A stretch of DNA of 64,000 nt from Sminthopsis crassicaudata (GCF_048593235.1 NC_133622.1:29698001-29762000); one strand, 5' to 3'. Positions 40,501 to 53,646 are shown, counted from the stretch's first letter. Program-made: numbers and translations. Notes: generated by a model not told the origin, from the letters alone.

Positions 40501-43500
40501 AAAACCTGCTGTTCCTTTGTTGTGGGGAGAACAGTAACAAGTTACGGTTTATTTGAAGGAGGGGAGCTGAGAAGGGACTTTGATCACTATCTCTGGAGCT
40601 GTGCCCTTGGGAGACCAACTCTGTTGTGTTTTAGCCAAAGGTGGCAAGGAAAATTCATTGTAACATACAAATAGTAGAGGCAAGGTGGCTTAATGAACAG
40701 ACCACTCTTTTGGAGCCAGGAAGAAGTGGCTCCCATCCCTCTGCTGAGACAACTAATGCTCCAAACAAACAAATCTCTAAGACAGAGTGGCTGACTGGGA
40801 GTTCCCTGGATCAATGGAGTCAGTTTCTCTCCCTATTCCCAGAAACATTTCTTCTTTAGAGAGGTGCCAAATAACAAAGATTCCCAAGCTAACTGGAATG
40901 CTATCCCTCCCAAGAAATTTCCACCTATGTTTTGTAGTAACTCTAAAATAAAAGACAAGACTACAGCAAAGTTTAAAAAAAAAAAAAAAAAAAAAAAAAG
41001 CAGTTTAACTTCAGTCTGATCTAATTTACTTAGAGCAATAGTAATGTTAATGCTGATACCTCAGAGAAATCTCTTCCAGAAACCAATTACACCCTGTTAT
41101 CCTTTCAATCAGATTCAAGATGAAGAAAAAGATACTTTTCTTGATCAAATTAAATAGACATTTTTACTACTGTGGAAGTCATAAAGATTGCTTCAGTTTT
41201 AGGAATCTAGACCCTCCCTCAAACGGATTAATTAAGACTTCTACTCAAGAAAGACTGATTAAATTAAATCCCATTTAAGTGAGACAAAGACTACTAGGGC
41301 ACTGTCATAACACTATCCTATTTCATAGCTTTAAAAGAAAAATACACACATCCCCACCCAGGCCCAAAAAGAGGGATCTTAAATAAAACAAGTCTGACAC
41401 CAGATTACAAAGCTCTGAGAACTTGGGCAAGCTGGTAGAGAGGGAGAATTTTCAGCTTCTCAAAGGGCAGTGGGAAAAAGGTGGGGTAATAGTTTCTAGA
41501 AACTATAGACACAAATAAGGACATTTAGAAAACCCGAGCAAATTCTTATTCTGTGGCTGTTGGTCACCATTGCTCGGTCTGTGATTTCTGGCAGCTACAG
41601 GCAATCTCCAAATTTGGCCAGATTTCCCTTGCAAAGGATCACTGGTATGTCAAGCAGCTCAGAGATCCTTCTAAAAAGCAGATTGGTATGCAACTCCATT
41701 GTCTTACTCCTCTGTGAAGAAGGGAAGCACTAGTATAGAGTATTGTCATTATAGAGCCCATGTTCAGATAACATAGCTGGGACCTTAGTGCTATAAAGTC
41801 ATAATAGTACCTAAAATTTGTTTAGGGCTTTAGGGTTTACAGAACATTTTACGGATGGGGAAACTGAAGCAGAATAAGTGTGCTCAAGTGACAGCAGTTG
41901 CCAGTTCCAGGCTGCATTTGAACTCAGGCCATCCTAACTTAAATCAGCACTAGATCCACTGTGCCAAGGCTATTGCCATAGCTGCCTCTGGAAGCATTTC
42001 CACACCTTTTACCTATATTGAATTCTTTGTGATTAACCAATTTCACATTTTCATCTTGTAGTAGCTTTCTGGAGTTAGTTGTTTGTTTTTAAAATTTTTA
42101 ACAACTTTTAAATCAGGGCTGATTTTGCCTTAGCCTGGATCACAGCAACCTTAAACAAGACAAACGAAAATGGAAAAAGACATTTGAGAATGAGGACAGT
42201 GTAACCTAGGAACAGCTAGCTCTTCAGTGATTTCTAAGGGAAATAACAGTTTTGTTCCCAAATCAGATCCAGAGAGTGGTTCCATGCCCACATTTTCTGG
42301 ATGCCAAGGATCATGCTGTCCACCTCCTAACAATGAGATGATGGGGTCAGAGTGAAAGCTGATAGATCTATTTTTTGGATACGGACAGGAAAAGTGTTTC
42401 TTTTGCTTGACTATATTTGTTAAAAGAGTTTTCTTTTTCTTTTTTTTTTTTCAGTTGAGGGGATGAAGGTTAAAGACTTGTTAATTTTTTTTAAAAGTAA
42501 TATAAAATAATAAATACAAAAAATGTCGAGAACTTAGGTTCGCTTCTACTGGTCTCATCATGGAAATGAGAGAAGCATTATATTTTCCTTCTCAGGTTTC
42601 AGTTAGAAAAACAAAGGCACGCAAAATGTTTGTGGCAGCTCTTTTCATAGTGGCTAGAAACTGGAAAATGAATGGATGTCCATCAACTGGAGAATGGTTG
42701 GGTAAATTATGGTATATGAATATTATGGAATATTATTGTTCTGTAAGAAATGACCAGCAGGAGGAATACAGAGAGGCTTGGAGAGACTTACATCAACTGA
42801 TGCTGAGTGAAATGAGCAGAACCAGAAGATCACTATACACTTCAACAACAATACTGTGTGAAGATATATTCTGATGGAAGTGGAAATCTTCAACATAAAG
42901 AAGATCCAACTCACTTCCAGTTGATCAATGATGGACAGAAACAACTACACCCAGAGAAGGAACACTGGGAAGTGAATGTAAACTGTTAGCACTACTGTCT
43001 CTCTACCCAGGTTACTTATACCTTCGGAATCTAATACTTAATGTGCAACAAGAAAATGGTATTTACACACACATATTGTATCTGGGTTATATTGTAACAC
43101 ATGTAAAATGTATGGGATTGCCTGTCATCTAGGGGAGGGAGTGGAAAATTTGGAAAAATGAATACAAGGGATAATGTTATTAAAAAAAAATTACTCATGC
43201 ATATGTACTGTCAAAAAATTTTATAAATGAATAATTATTAAAAGAAAAGAAAAACAAAGGCACGGCCTTTTCCTTCTACGATTATGAAAGAGTGTCTTTG
43301 TCCATCCAAGCTTCTTTGCCTCACATGAATGTGTTTCTTGCATTTCACAGGCTGAGTCAATAGCTTCTTCACCCCAGTTCAAAGACCCTCACTTATACTC
43401 CTGGAACGTCTCTGGCAACGGACTGCTACATCGAGTAGAAGGGGTGACCATAAAAACAAGAGATGCTCAATGCACAGATTTTGTCAGCATCAAAAAACAA

Positions 43501-46500
43501 CTTAAATTGTTGGCCAAAATGAAAGTCACCCACTACAGGTTTGCCCTGGACTGGTCCTTAATTCTGCCCAGCGGGAACGTGTCGGAAGTTAACCAGCAAG
43601 TCCTCAGGTACTACAGATGTGTGGTCAGCGAGGTGCTGAAACTCAACATTTCCTCCATGGTCACCTTGTACTATCCAACGCACACTTCCGTGGGCCTGCC
43701 CGCCCCTTTGCTCCGGAGTGGGGGATGGCTAAACCGGTCAACTGTTCACGCTTTTCGGGACTATGCAAATCTGTGTTTCCAGGAACTCGGGGATCTGGTC
43801 AAACTCTGGATCACCATCAATGAACCCAACCGGCTGAGTGACATCTACAACAGCAGCAGCAGTGACACGTACCAGGCAGCGCATAACCTGCTGATCGCCC
43901 ACGCACTGGTCTGGCACGTCTATGACAGCCAGTACCGACCCTCCCAGCGCGGGGCAGTCTCTCTGTCTCTGCACGCAGACTGGGCCGAACCTGCCAATCC
44001 TTTCTCCGATTCCCACCTGAAAGCAGCTGAGCGCTTTCTCCAGTTTGAGATAGCATGGTTTGCAGATCCCATTTTCAAGACGGGAGACTACCCTGAAGCC
44101 ATGAAGGAGTACATCGCCTTCAAGAACAAGTTGGGGCTCTCCAGTTCTGTGCTGCCCCATTTCACGGCCGAGGAAAGGAAGCTCATCAAAGGCTCGGCTG
44201 ACTTTTACGCACTCAATCACTTCACCACGAGATTTGTCATCCATGAGCAGCAGAAAGGCAGCCAGTATAACTTTGACCGAGATGTTCAGTTTCTCCAGGA
44301 TATCACCTGCCTCAGCTCCCCAAGCCGCCAGGCAGTGATGCCATGGGGAGAGCGAAAGATTCTCAAGTGGATCCAGAAAAATTACGGTGATGTCGATGTC
44401 TATATCACATCCAGCGGGATCGACGACCAGTCCCTGGAGAATGATGAGCTCCGAAAATACTACTTGGAAACATACATCCAGGAAGCTTTAAAAGGTAATC
44501 CCGTAAAGCAATCCCGGGGGAAAAGAGCAGAATGTTCTGGTATGAGTGAAGGATCCAAGAAGCAGGTTCTTAGCCAACAATGGCTAAAAGAATGAGCAGG
44601 GAGGAACAGAAGAAGATGGTTGTAAGAAATCCTAGGCCCATCAGAATAGAAATGACTTAGCAACTCACATTCACATTGAGCATTTCACATGTATTACACA
44701 CATCTGTTGAGCCCCCCAACAATTTCATGGATGTTATTACACCCAATTTAAAGGTAAGTAAAATTAAGAATAAGAAAAGAAACTTGCCCAAGATTGTATA
44801 ACAAGTCAGTGGCAGAACCACAACTAGAATCCAAGTTTTTTCATTGCAAAGGCATCACTGTGACACCAGAATTCCTAGGCAGATTTAAGTGGATTTCAAA
44901 CAAATTCCAGAATTCAATTCAATTCAATTAGTCTACATTAAGCACCTACTATGTGCCAGGCAGTGTGCTGGGGTGTAAGGATACAAAAAAAGGAGCTCAC
45001 AATCCCATGGTGGAGGCAACAAACAAATACACAGACACAAGTTATATAGAGGATAAATAGGAAATAATGAATATAGGGAGGGTACTGGAATTCAGAAGGG
45101 TTGAGAAAGGCTTCCTGTAAAGGATGAAAGTTTAGTTGGGACTTAAAGGAAACCAGACAAAGTACCTTGAGCTGAGACTGAGATGACCAGTAGAGGAAAG
45201 GACAGAAGGGATAAGTCTTCCCTCTCTCCCGTCCCATTCACTTGCCCAAGAAAAGACCTTTACAGTGGTTGGCTAATCACTGCCAGCTCTTGAGGACTGC
45301 CTGGGGGTGCCATAGTGCGCAGAACACTGGACCTGAATTTTAATCTGGCCTCAGACATTTACCAGCTGTATGACCTTGGCCAAGTCACTTAACCCTGTGT
45401 GCCTCAGTTTCCGCATCTGTAAAATGGGCTAGAGAAGGAAATGGCAGAACACTCTAGCATCTTTGCCAAAAAAACCCCAAATGGGGCCAGGAAGAGTTGC
45501 ACAGGATTAAAAAAAACAATTAACAATAAGGTCACTCTTGAAAAGTCAGCTGCAGTAGAATGATGAGATCAGAAACCAAATAGTAAGAGATTAAGACAAG
45601 AAAGAGAAGAGAGGGAGTGGAGGCATCTATTAAGAACAGCATTTTCTTTAAAAAGCCTTTTATTTTTCAAAATAAAGAACAGCATTTTCTAGGGCTTTAG
45701 CTATAAAGGGTAGAGATCTTGGAGGAGTGCCAGGAACACAAGAACTTGGAAGAACAGGGTCCTGACACTCCTCAACTGACTGATGTGATCTTGACATCCC
45801 CCCTTCTAACTCCAAGGTGTCCATTCCCCTGTTCCTGGAGTGATCTTTCTCAATTCTGACCCTTAGAATCTCATGCTTCCTCTAGCTCTTCCTCTGGGTC
45901 TCCTAGACACCCACTAAAGGGAAGCTTTTCCCAATTTCTATGTCTTTAGTGTTCTTTTCTTGGTCAAATTATCAAGTTTCCTTTCTGTGATATGCTTTGT
46001 CCCTCAAAACAATACATGCTCCTTGAGGAGGTGGAGCAATTTTTCATTGTCTTTGTAATCCTATGGCCTAACCCAATACCTTGCATACAACAGCAATTAA
46101 ACAAATGCCTATCTAGCTGAAGTTTGTACTCTAATAGGGCAGGTATGACATGTATCGAATATATCTGATTAAAGACAAAAGAAAAAAAAATAGCAGGGAA
46201 GATCAATTCCCTTTGGTGGTTAGGGATTCTACTTTTTTAAAAAATGATCTTATCACCTGAAATCAGAACTTTTTTTTTCCTGAAACCTGGACATTGTATT
46301 GGAAAACTAATTTTATTATCTATCATACTTTCAAAGTCAACAAGTGACATCACAATCTTGGAAGTCAATGGACCTACTGTCCAGCAAAGTGGTCTGCCCT
46401 GCCAAGCCACATCTAGAGTACTATGCTTGGCTCCGAGAACCACATTTTAGAGAGGACGCTGATATACCAGAGTCCCTAAAGAGGTGGGCAACCAAGAGAC

Positions 46501-47804
46501 TAAGAGAATTAAAGACCATATTGTAGTAAGGAAAACTGTCCAAGCCATTATAGCTATCTAAAGGCGGATTGATCAGTCTGGAAGGGCACATAGTGAAAGC
46601 CCCATGACTACAGGTCCTCAAGCAGCACCCAGCCAAGTACATTTTGGTGATATCAGTTCAGGTATAATTTGGACCAGGTAATTTCTGAGGTCTCTCCTAA
46701 TTCTGATATTCTGTGATTTTAGGGAGCAGAATAAATAGATTTAGAACAAGAAGGGACTTCCAAAACTATCTAGTCCAGTGCCTCATTTTCAGTTAGTTAA
46801 AAAACAGAAGTTCTCCCCTTCCTGACCAATTTGAAAAGTGTTTAATCTTTCCACCAACAAGAAATCAAGTTACTCGGTCCTATATTCTGTATTGTATTCT
46901 GTTTATTGTTTTAATGTATAAAAATCTGTGTAAAATCCATGTTTGGGGTCTTTGTGCCTACTGAGGGGACTTTGAACCTGTTTATTATACATGATTTGCT
47001 AATAAGTTGCATAGCTCAAAACAAACAAAAACCCAGAAGCTCAGGAAGTAAAGTGATTTGCCCCAGAAATAATAAGAAACAGAAGAAGTTATGCATTATA
47101 ACTGCTAACTCTGGAGAAAGCCTCAAAGCAATACGAATGTGGCTTATCATTTTGTCAAAGAGACACTGAATTATTGGTGATTATGACTCTAGCTTATTTA
47201 TTGAAAGTATATCTTCTATCCATATAAAACAATCAGCCATCAAGCATTAAGTGCTAGGTCCTGTTAGAGGTGCTGAGGTACAAACAAAAGCACAAAACCG
47301 AATCTATCCTCAAGAAAATTTCTATTCTAAGGAAGGGGTTTACATGTTCTATATAATTTTCGAAGAATGGATGTAATTTACTAACATTCCAATCTCTCGT
47401 TTTCAGCTTACCTAATTGATAAAGTCAAGATAAAAGGCTATTATGCATTTAAATTGACAGAAGAAAAATTTAAACCCAGATTTGGATTCTTCACATCTGA
47501 TTCAAAAGCAAAGTCCTCAATCCAGTTTTACAACCACCTGATCAGCAGCAGAGGCTTTCCTTCTGAGCACACCAGTTTGGGATGTGAGGAGAGTAGCTAT
47601 GACAAACAGTGCGATATCTGCTTATTTCTCAAGAAGAAGAAACCAATTATATTCTTTAGTTGTTGTCTCTTTTCCAGCCTGGTCCTACTTTTAACAGTTA
47701 CCATCTTCCAAAAGAGGAAGAGAAAAAAATATTATAAGGCAAAGAACTTGCAACAACACATTGCAATTCCACTGAAAAAAGGTCATAAGAGTATTCTCAG
47801 CTAA
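15546..47804 (+). CDS. KLB: Beta-Klotho, complete 5-exon gene: join 15546/15647-16384, 33107-33614, 36841-37109, 43351-44494, 47407-47804; 1018 aa from ATG 15647
   Basis: Two GH1-like domains with the Klotho pseudo-catalytic pattern (KL1 TIHNP / ITENG; KL2 TINEP / ITSSG), C-terminal TM segment [21 protein letters not shown] and basic tail. Exon lengths 738, 508, 269, 1144 and 398 nt sum to 3057 nt in frame. Syntenic with RFC1, RPL9 and LIAS. Confidence 0.97.
15647..16384 (+). CDS. KLB: KLB exon 1 main frame (signal-peptide region plus KL1 N-terminal half)
   Basis: ORF 15647.. [23 protein letters not shown]...[13 protein letters not shown]...HWDLP...HNLIK|gtacag. Confidence 0.96.
25254..25374 (+). 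mobile_element. WSINE1-like tRNA-derived SINE with internal deletion and 12-bp TSD
   Basis: gggcagctgggtggtgcag/gaggacctgagttcaaatc...gcaagtcacttaaccccaactgcctcag plus A tail; flanked by ATCATAACTCTC at 25242-25253 and 25375-25386. Confidence 0.8.
31471..31522. repeat. (TG)26 microsatellite
   Basis: Direct reading. Confidence 0.95.
33107..33614 (+). CDS. KLB: KLB exon 2 (508 nt)
   Basis: tatcag|GCT CAC GCC AAA GTC TGG...CTT CAA G|gtaggt; [19 protein letters not shown]...ITENGWF...VLQ. Confidence 0.96.
36841..37109 (+). CDS. KLB: KLB exon 3 (269 nt)
   Basis: cccctgcag|CA ATA AAA CAT GAT GAA...TTG AAG|gtaagc; [23 protein letters not shown]...ESVLK. Confidence 0.96.
37117..37895. repeat. 27-bp minisatellite (VNTR), about 29 copies, consensus CCATGGATCAGTGAGGAGGGTTTCCCG
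   Basis: 9-aa periodic translations (HGSVRRVSR / WISEEGFPP) show a 27-nt unit; starts 7 nt into KLB intron 3. Confidence 0.97.
42622..43247 (+). mobile_element. 5'-truncated young LINE-1 (ORF2 C-terminus, 3' UTR, A-rich tail) with 17-bp TSD
   Basis: [32 protein letters not shown]; TSD AGAAAAACAAAGGCACG at 42605-42621 and 43248-43264; TT|AGAAAA endonuclease-type site. Confidence 0.92.
43351..44494 (+). CDS. KLB: KLB exon 4 (1144 nt, KL2 domain)
   Basis: catttcacag|GCT GAG TCA...TTA AAA G|gtaatc; [10 protein letters not shown]...TINEPN...YITSSG. Confidence 0.96.
47407..47804 (+). CDS. KLB: KLB exon 5 coding part (TM segment plus cytoplasmic tail)
   Basis: tttcag|CT TAC CTA ATT GAT AAA...AGC TAA; [29 protein letters not shown]...; first AATAAA at 47841-47846. 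Confidence 0.95.
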
Positions 47805-48249
47805 ACTGGTCTTATTTCTATCTGCCTTCAAAAGGCAATGAATAAATTCACTCCATTTTCCCCATTCCAAGTAGGTTACAGGAAACAAATGCATGTAGGA
47901 AAAAGGAATGCTGGGATATTGGTTGTTACCAAGGGAATGACCATGACTTTGCAGGATGGTCCACATTAATTTTCCTATAGAGGCTGATGTCGACAAATTA
48001 AGAGTGGTGGGTTTGAAGATAAAAATCTTCACTCAAGCAGACATTAAGCTGTGAAAAGTGCCATGTACCTAGGTTTCTTGTAAATTCTAACAAGTTTCTT
48101 TTAGTCACTCTATATTTACGTGAATTGATGTGGGTTGCTGGTTATAATATAAGCAGAACCATTAAAATACAAAATTGCCTTCTTAGTTTAATTCTGTATC
48201 AAAGATTTTAAATTCTACAATCAGAGAAGCAGCAATATATCCTGTTTAT

Positions 48250-48418
48250 CGGGCCAGATGCGGCCCTCTAAGGACGTTTATGGGCCCCAAAGGGTTATGG
48301 CAAATGGGCTGAGGGGCAGAGACAGAGTGTGATTTTTTTGTTTTTACTATAGTCCGGCCCTCCAACAGTCTGAGGGACAGTGAACTGGCCCCTTATTTTA
48401 AAAGTTTGAGGACCACTG
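48250..48418. mobile_element. OC1/OposCharlie-like hAT MITE with left TIR deleted and 8-bp TSD
   Basis: Right end gtttgaggaccactg (TIR CAGTGGTCCTCAAAC); internal tactatagtccggccctccaacagtctgagggacagtgaactggcccc matches the OC1-family MITE as I recall it; CTGTTTAT at 48242-48249 and 48419-48426. Confidence 0.75.
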
Positions 48419-49798
48419 CTGTTTATAAATCCCACTTTCCACAAGTTACTTTCTCTTTATGTCGGAACATACTTCCTATATGGTTCAAGAAAAGGATTAC
48501 TAGAAAAAAATTAAAAGTATGAGACATAAACTGGTCGTTCTCTAGATAGTTGCAGGTTAAAACCTTATAGTCACAGAATTGGAAGGGACCTACTCCAAGC
48601 TGTACTTGAATGAGATCTAGCCATTGCTTGAAAAGCCCTCAGCAATGGAGGGCCCTCTACCTTTTGAAGCTGCCCAATCAATGGGCAAGCTCTAATTTTG
48701 AGGGATATCAAGGTAAGCTGAAATGTTTCTAGATCTGTTTTCTGGGAACAAACAAAACAAATTTCAGTTCTCTTCTACTTGCAAGCTCTTCAGATACTTC
48801 AAGAAAGCTGCCGGTCTATCTTGTCTTCTCTAGGTAGAACATACTCAATTCCTTAAACCATTCCCAAAATGGTTAAATCTTAAGGCCTTCCACCATCTTA
48901 GTTGTCTTGCTCTGGATGCCCTCTAGTTTACTGATATTTTTCTAAACTTTGGTCAAAACACATCTCTCATAGTCTTTCCCCTGGGAGAAAAGAGCATAAG
49001 AAAATGCCAATTATTTGAATCTTACAAAATCCTTCACTTGATTAAATTTATGAGGATACTGATTACAAAATATAAAATGTGTAATGGCAGCTTTGGTTAC
49101 ATATGAGATCACAGAATTAAGAGTAAGGACTACTGGATTCTGGTTCTACCACTCATATAACTTTAGGCAAGCACCTTAATTTCTTACTTTGACAAATGTT
49201 GATATTTAACAATCTTTACAAGTTGAGTGATGACAAAAGATTAAAAAGTATTTTGAAAAGTTAAAAAACAACATACATATGTAGTGTTTTTTAAACCATC
49301 TAGATTAAATAAAGATCAGATTATTAAATGATCCTTTTCCCTGACTAGTTCTAAACCCTTGTTCAAATTTGGCCTCTCTCCAGATATGGACTCTAGGCAC
49401 AATATCTGAGTTTAGCAAGCTGTTACTTGTTACTAACAAGCTGTTACTTGTTAATATGTAGGGCAATTAAAAATGTAGATAATTATCTGGATTCAAATCC
49501 TGTTATTTGACTTTAATCCTAAATTTCTTCAAAGCTCACCTCCTAGAAACTAAAATCAGATAGGTTCTCTTTAAACTATTAAAAAGGAACACTTCCTAAA
49601 GGAACTTCAAAGACAAAGATATTCTCTAAGTCTCTGAGGCAAAATTAATAGAAACCTTGACCTTGTGCTATCCTAAAGATTCTTCTTATACATTTATACC
49701 ACAAAAATAATGAGCTCTCCATTTTAGTCAGAGTTTAAGAAACACCAACTCTAGTGAAACACTGGCTGTCTATCCGTAGCTGACAAACTTGCTAGATC

Positions 49799-50270
49799 AA
49801 GACTTCTTAATTTTGCTGTGTCATTGACCCCTTTGGAAGTCAAGTAGTCTTTGGGTTCCTCACAAAAAATTTAAATGTATAAAATAAAATATTAATGAAC
49901 AAAATAAAATGTTTTTAAGTGCATGAAATAAAATACATAGTATTAGAAAGGAAACCAACTATATTGAAATGTTATCAAAGTATTAAAAAATAAATGTGAT
50001 ATATGTGCTCCTTTATTAATGCATTAACAAGATAAAATATTTAAAAGTAAGAGTCTAAGAGCTCCAGTAATTTTGAAGTAGTGATGAGAATTAAAATATA
50101 TTTTAGGATATGTCCAACATCTATGTGATATGAAAATATCTGTGATTTATATTAGTGATAAAGTTTATAGATACTGTTAATATTGCCTTCATAATTTTTA
50201 AAAATGTTACTTTTCATTTAGAAGTTATTGAAGATAAAGATGTAATTTTCCTCCAAGTTCACAGATCCTC
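49799..50270. mobile_element. Old hAT-Charlie-like DNA transposon fragment
   Basis: caagacttcttaa...gtcattgacccctttgg...aaatgcatgaaataaaatacatagtattagaaaggaaaccaactatattgaaat resembles ancient Charlie elements; boundaries approximate. Confidence 0.45.
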
Positions 50271-53200
50271 TCCTAATTTCATTGAGTATGTAATACAAAA
50301 TTATAAAATGTAAAGACTGAAAGGGACCTTATCGTCTCAGAGAATTTTAGATTTAGCCTTAAAAAGATCCTCAAAGGCCTAGTTTAAATTCTCTTCTGTT
50401 AAAGAGGCCCAGAAAATGACAGCAATATTTGTCCAAGGAACTATGAAGTGAGGTCCTGTGAGGAATATGCATAATAGCGCTGTTAATATTTTCATGAAAA
50501 CGGGCCAAGATTCACTCACTGACCACGAGCACCTTTCTGTGAAGCTCATAGTAAGAAGCAAGCAGCAATTTTGAGGTAGTTTTCACTTTTGAATTGGTGG
50601 TTGATGTCACTGAGACACAACCCTATCTAGAGCACAAGTATATTTTCTGTAAATAATCACAAGCTGTCAAATGATGTCATTACTGTGACAGGTGTAGAAA
50701 AAGGAAAAGTCATTCATCATTTTCTAAAGGTCTATTCTGTGTCACCATCCTAGGTATCATCCTAGAGGTGAGGGATATAAATACCAAGTGAGACAGCTCC
50801 TGCCCTCCAGAAACAGGTATTCAAGTTTAAGTAATAGAAAGATTCAAAATTATTTTCAGTTTTAAAGATTTTGCAATTTCTAATATACATTAAGTTCATG
50901 ATGTGACAACTATCTTGAACATATGGTTTCTCAAAATTTTCATTTTAAAGTTTATTATGTTATTAAGGATGGAAAAAAAAAAGACCATCTTTTCCTGTTT
51001 TCTATTTGTCTGGTACCAGTATTTATTCAGCTATTTATTCTCACCAATTTCAGTCACCATTTTGCAAATTTTTGATTTAAAACTTTCTACTTAAGTCATG
51101 ATCAATATTACCGTCAAAATATATCAATTGCTTATAAAACCATTAGTTTTAAGATGTGGAACAGCCACCATGCTGCATCTAAAAAGGAAGAGTAAATGGA
51201 GAGGACCATAAGAGCTGAAAGGGGAATTCAGGCCATTGCAGATGAGAAAAATGGTCTTTGTGCCGTTATTTTTGTACGCCTATTTGCTATAATCATGCAT
51301 CCTTTTGAGGAAGTCAAATTACTTGTGTTTACATTTTGTGCACTAAAGTACTGACCTTATAATGATTTTGCACCAATAGGTGTTATATATAAGTACTACA
51401 GTACATTCCTAACATTTAAAAAAGGTTCTGGGGGGGAGGGGAGGGAAAGTCATGTGCATTGTTGTTAATAAAATGTGCTTAATTTTGGTGTAATTTATTC
51501 TAAATAAATTGTGTACTACTATCCAGTCCCGTGATCAGATTTGACTCAATCACTCTCTAAACCCCTAAAATCTTCTTTTCCCCTTCTGAGGTAGGACACA
51601 TTCAAAGACATGGGATAGAATCATGGGATCCACATAGTATTTGAAGTATTGCCTGTATTAAATGTTTCATATGTCAGTAGAGAATGATCCTCCCTTCCCA
51701 GACAGCTTCCTAGGCCTTGCAGCCTAACACATGTGGGTGTTAAAAATGAACCCCTAGCCTTAAATCCTGACTCACTCAGACTAGCTGTGTGAGACTGAAG
51801 TCATTCAACTTAAGTCTCCTTTTCTATAAAATTGGCTTCTATTTGCCTCATACAATCGTGAAGTTTTATAAGCTTTCTGCACTATATAACTGCGAATTAC
51901 TATTAAAGTCAGATCCCTGTTTTGTAGGAAAAATTGCCTATCATCTAGAGAAAAAAACCACAGTAGTTTTGAGAAAACAGGTATCCTCTCTAAAGTCAAT
52001 GTTAATGCAATCATCCTGTTTCCAATTGTTTAACTTGGCCTTCCTTGCCTACAAAATTATTTGCAGAATTTGATTTAAACACACAATAGTCTTGTTTTAT
52101 TATATTCATTTGTGCTTTTAGACCCAATCCAAAATATACACTAAGATTTTAGTCAAGCTTTTATTATATGAAGCATCCCAAGAGTTGTAGTGTAGCTTTA
52201 AGCTTTAATTACTTCAAAAGTATAAATGTTACAAAAAAAAATTTAAATATTGTTTTACAACATAACTATCACTTTATGCTATATGTTGTTCTAGATAACT
52301 TTCAAACTTGGAAAAACTTTCCTAACTTGTTCAGTGATTGAAAGGATTGAAGGAATCTTAGGTTTATGATTATCCAAAGAATAAAGTTTTGCTGCATGAG
52401 TCTTGATATGACCCCACAAGAAAGACTAATGGCCATGAACAAGGTAGCCAAGGAGGAGGACCTTCTTTCTCTACTAAACAATAGTTGGAAGGTATCATCC
52501 AAAACTACTGTGTAACATAAAACAGGGTGCTCATCTTATAACTAAACATCAAAGCTCATAAAACCAAATAAGGGTAAAAGAAATGTAAATAATTTTCAAA
52601 TGTTTTTAAATTTTTAGCCTTTATACTTCAGAAGTCATCGAAGCTCAAAATTTCACTAGGATTTTTGGGACAACTTATTATTTTACATATCTTTGCAAGG
52701 ACCAGATTTACCAATTCATCCTTCCTACAGAAGATGATACTTAACTACACTAAGAACTTTACTGATCACTAGAAATGGGTAAAGGAATGAATCCGTTGTA
52801 TGCAATGTTGATTACTTGAGGACCACCTTCCCATGAGTATGGATTTATCCATGATGACCAAGGACATTTCCCCCTCTCACATCTCAGTCAGACTGAATGC
52901 AGACCCTTGGAATTGGGAAGGTATTGACAAAGTAACAAGTTCTCATAGGGAAGAGGAAAAAAGCAAATGCCCCTTTAGAATCTTAATGTCTTCAAGATGT
53001 ATGGAGGGACTTGAATAAGGGAGGACCCGGGTATGGGTTGGGCTGGAAGGGTTTTAAGTGAAAAAGGGAAGAATTACAGAAGTGTAGACAGGACTCACAG
53101 CTGGAATTGGGAGGTCCCATCTCTGCGGAATTGAGGCACCTAGGTGGGGCTAGAGCCAATGAAAGGGTGAAGGAAGCAGGATGGAAGGATGTGACACTGG

Positions 53201-53574
53201 AGTCAGCGCTGCCTCCTCCTTGGAGGCCTCATCTCAAAGATCTATTTGCAGAGCTACAAGACCCTGACTCAGAGGATTGATCTGGAAGCCTCTTGTTCCC
53301 TCACCTCCGGCCATTCCTCCCCTCTACCTCACACTGCAGCATTCTCACACACTATTTTCATTCTCTTTGTTCTAAGAACACTACTTATTCCAATCAGGAA
53401 CAAAGATGCTGGCTTAAGTAGGAATTTCCACATTTCAAGATCATCTGGGTTGGTCTTCAAGAACCTAGGCTCACTTGCCTAATTCTTTATATCAATGGCC
53501 CAATTAAATAAATTTCAATATAAAACCTTATCTATTAGCCACAGATTAAGGGGAAAAAAAAAAGAGAAAAGCCC

Positions 53575-53646
53575 CCAAATGACAAAAAGTATTTTTATTT
53601 TGACATCTGAATAAGTGTTGACTCCTCAGGACGTGGCCTTTGGCAT
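53575..53646 (-). terminator. RPL9: RPL9 non-coding last exon with poly(A) signal AATAAA (53599-53594)
   Basis: Donor AAAG|gtaaag at 54040/54039, 14 nt after the stop; acceptor tttttctttctgcag|ATGCC at 53647/53646; cleavage site approximate. Confidence 0.7.

Noticed and set aside
52800-53545. Possible solo LTR between KLB and RPL9 (TG...CA, CCAAT, AATAAA-like)
   Set aside because: No target-site duplication and no recognisable family; cannot be supported without a repeat-library search.
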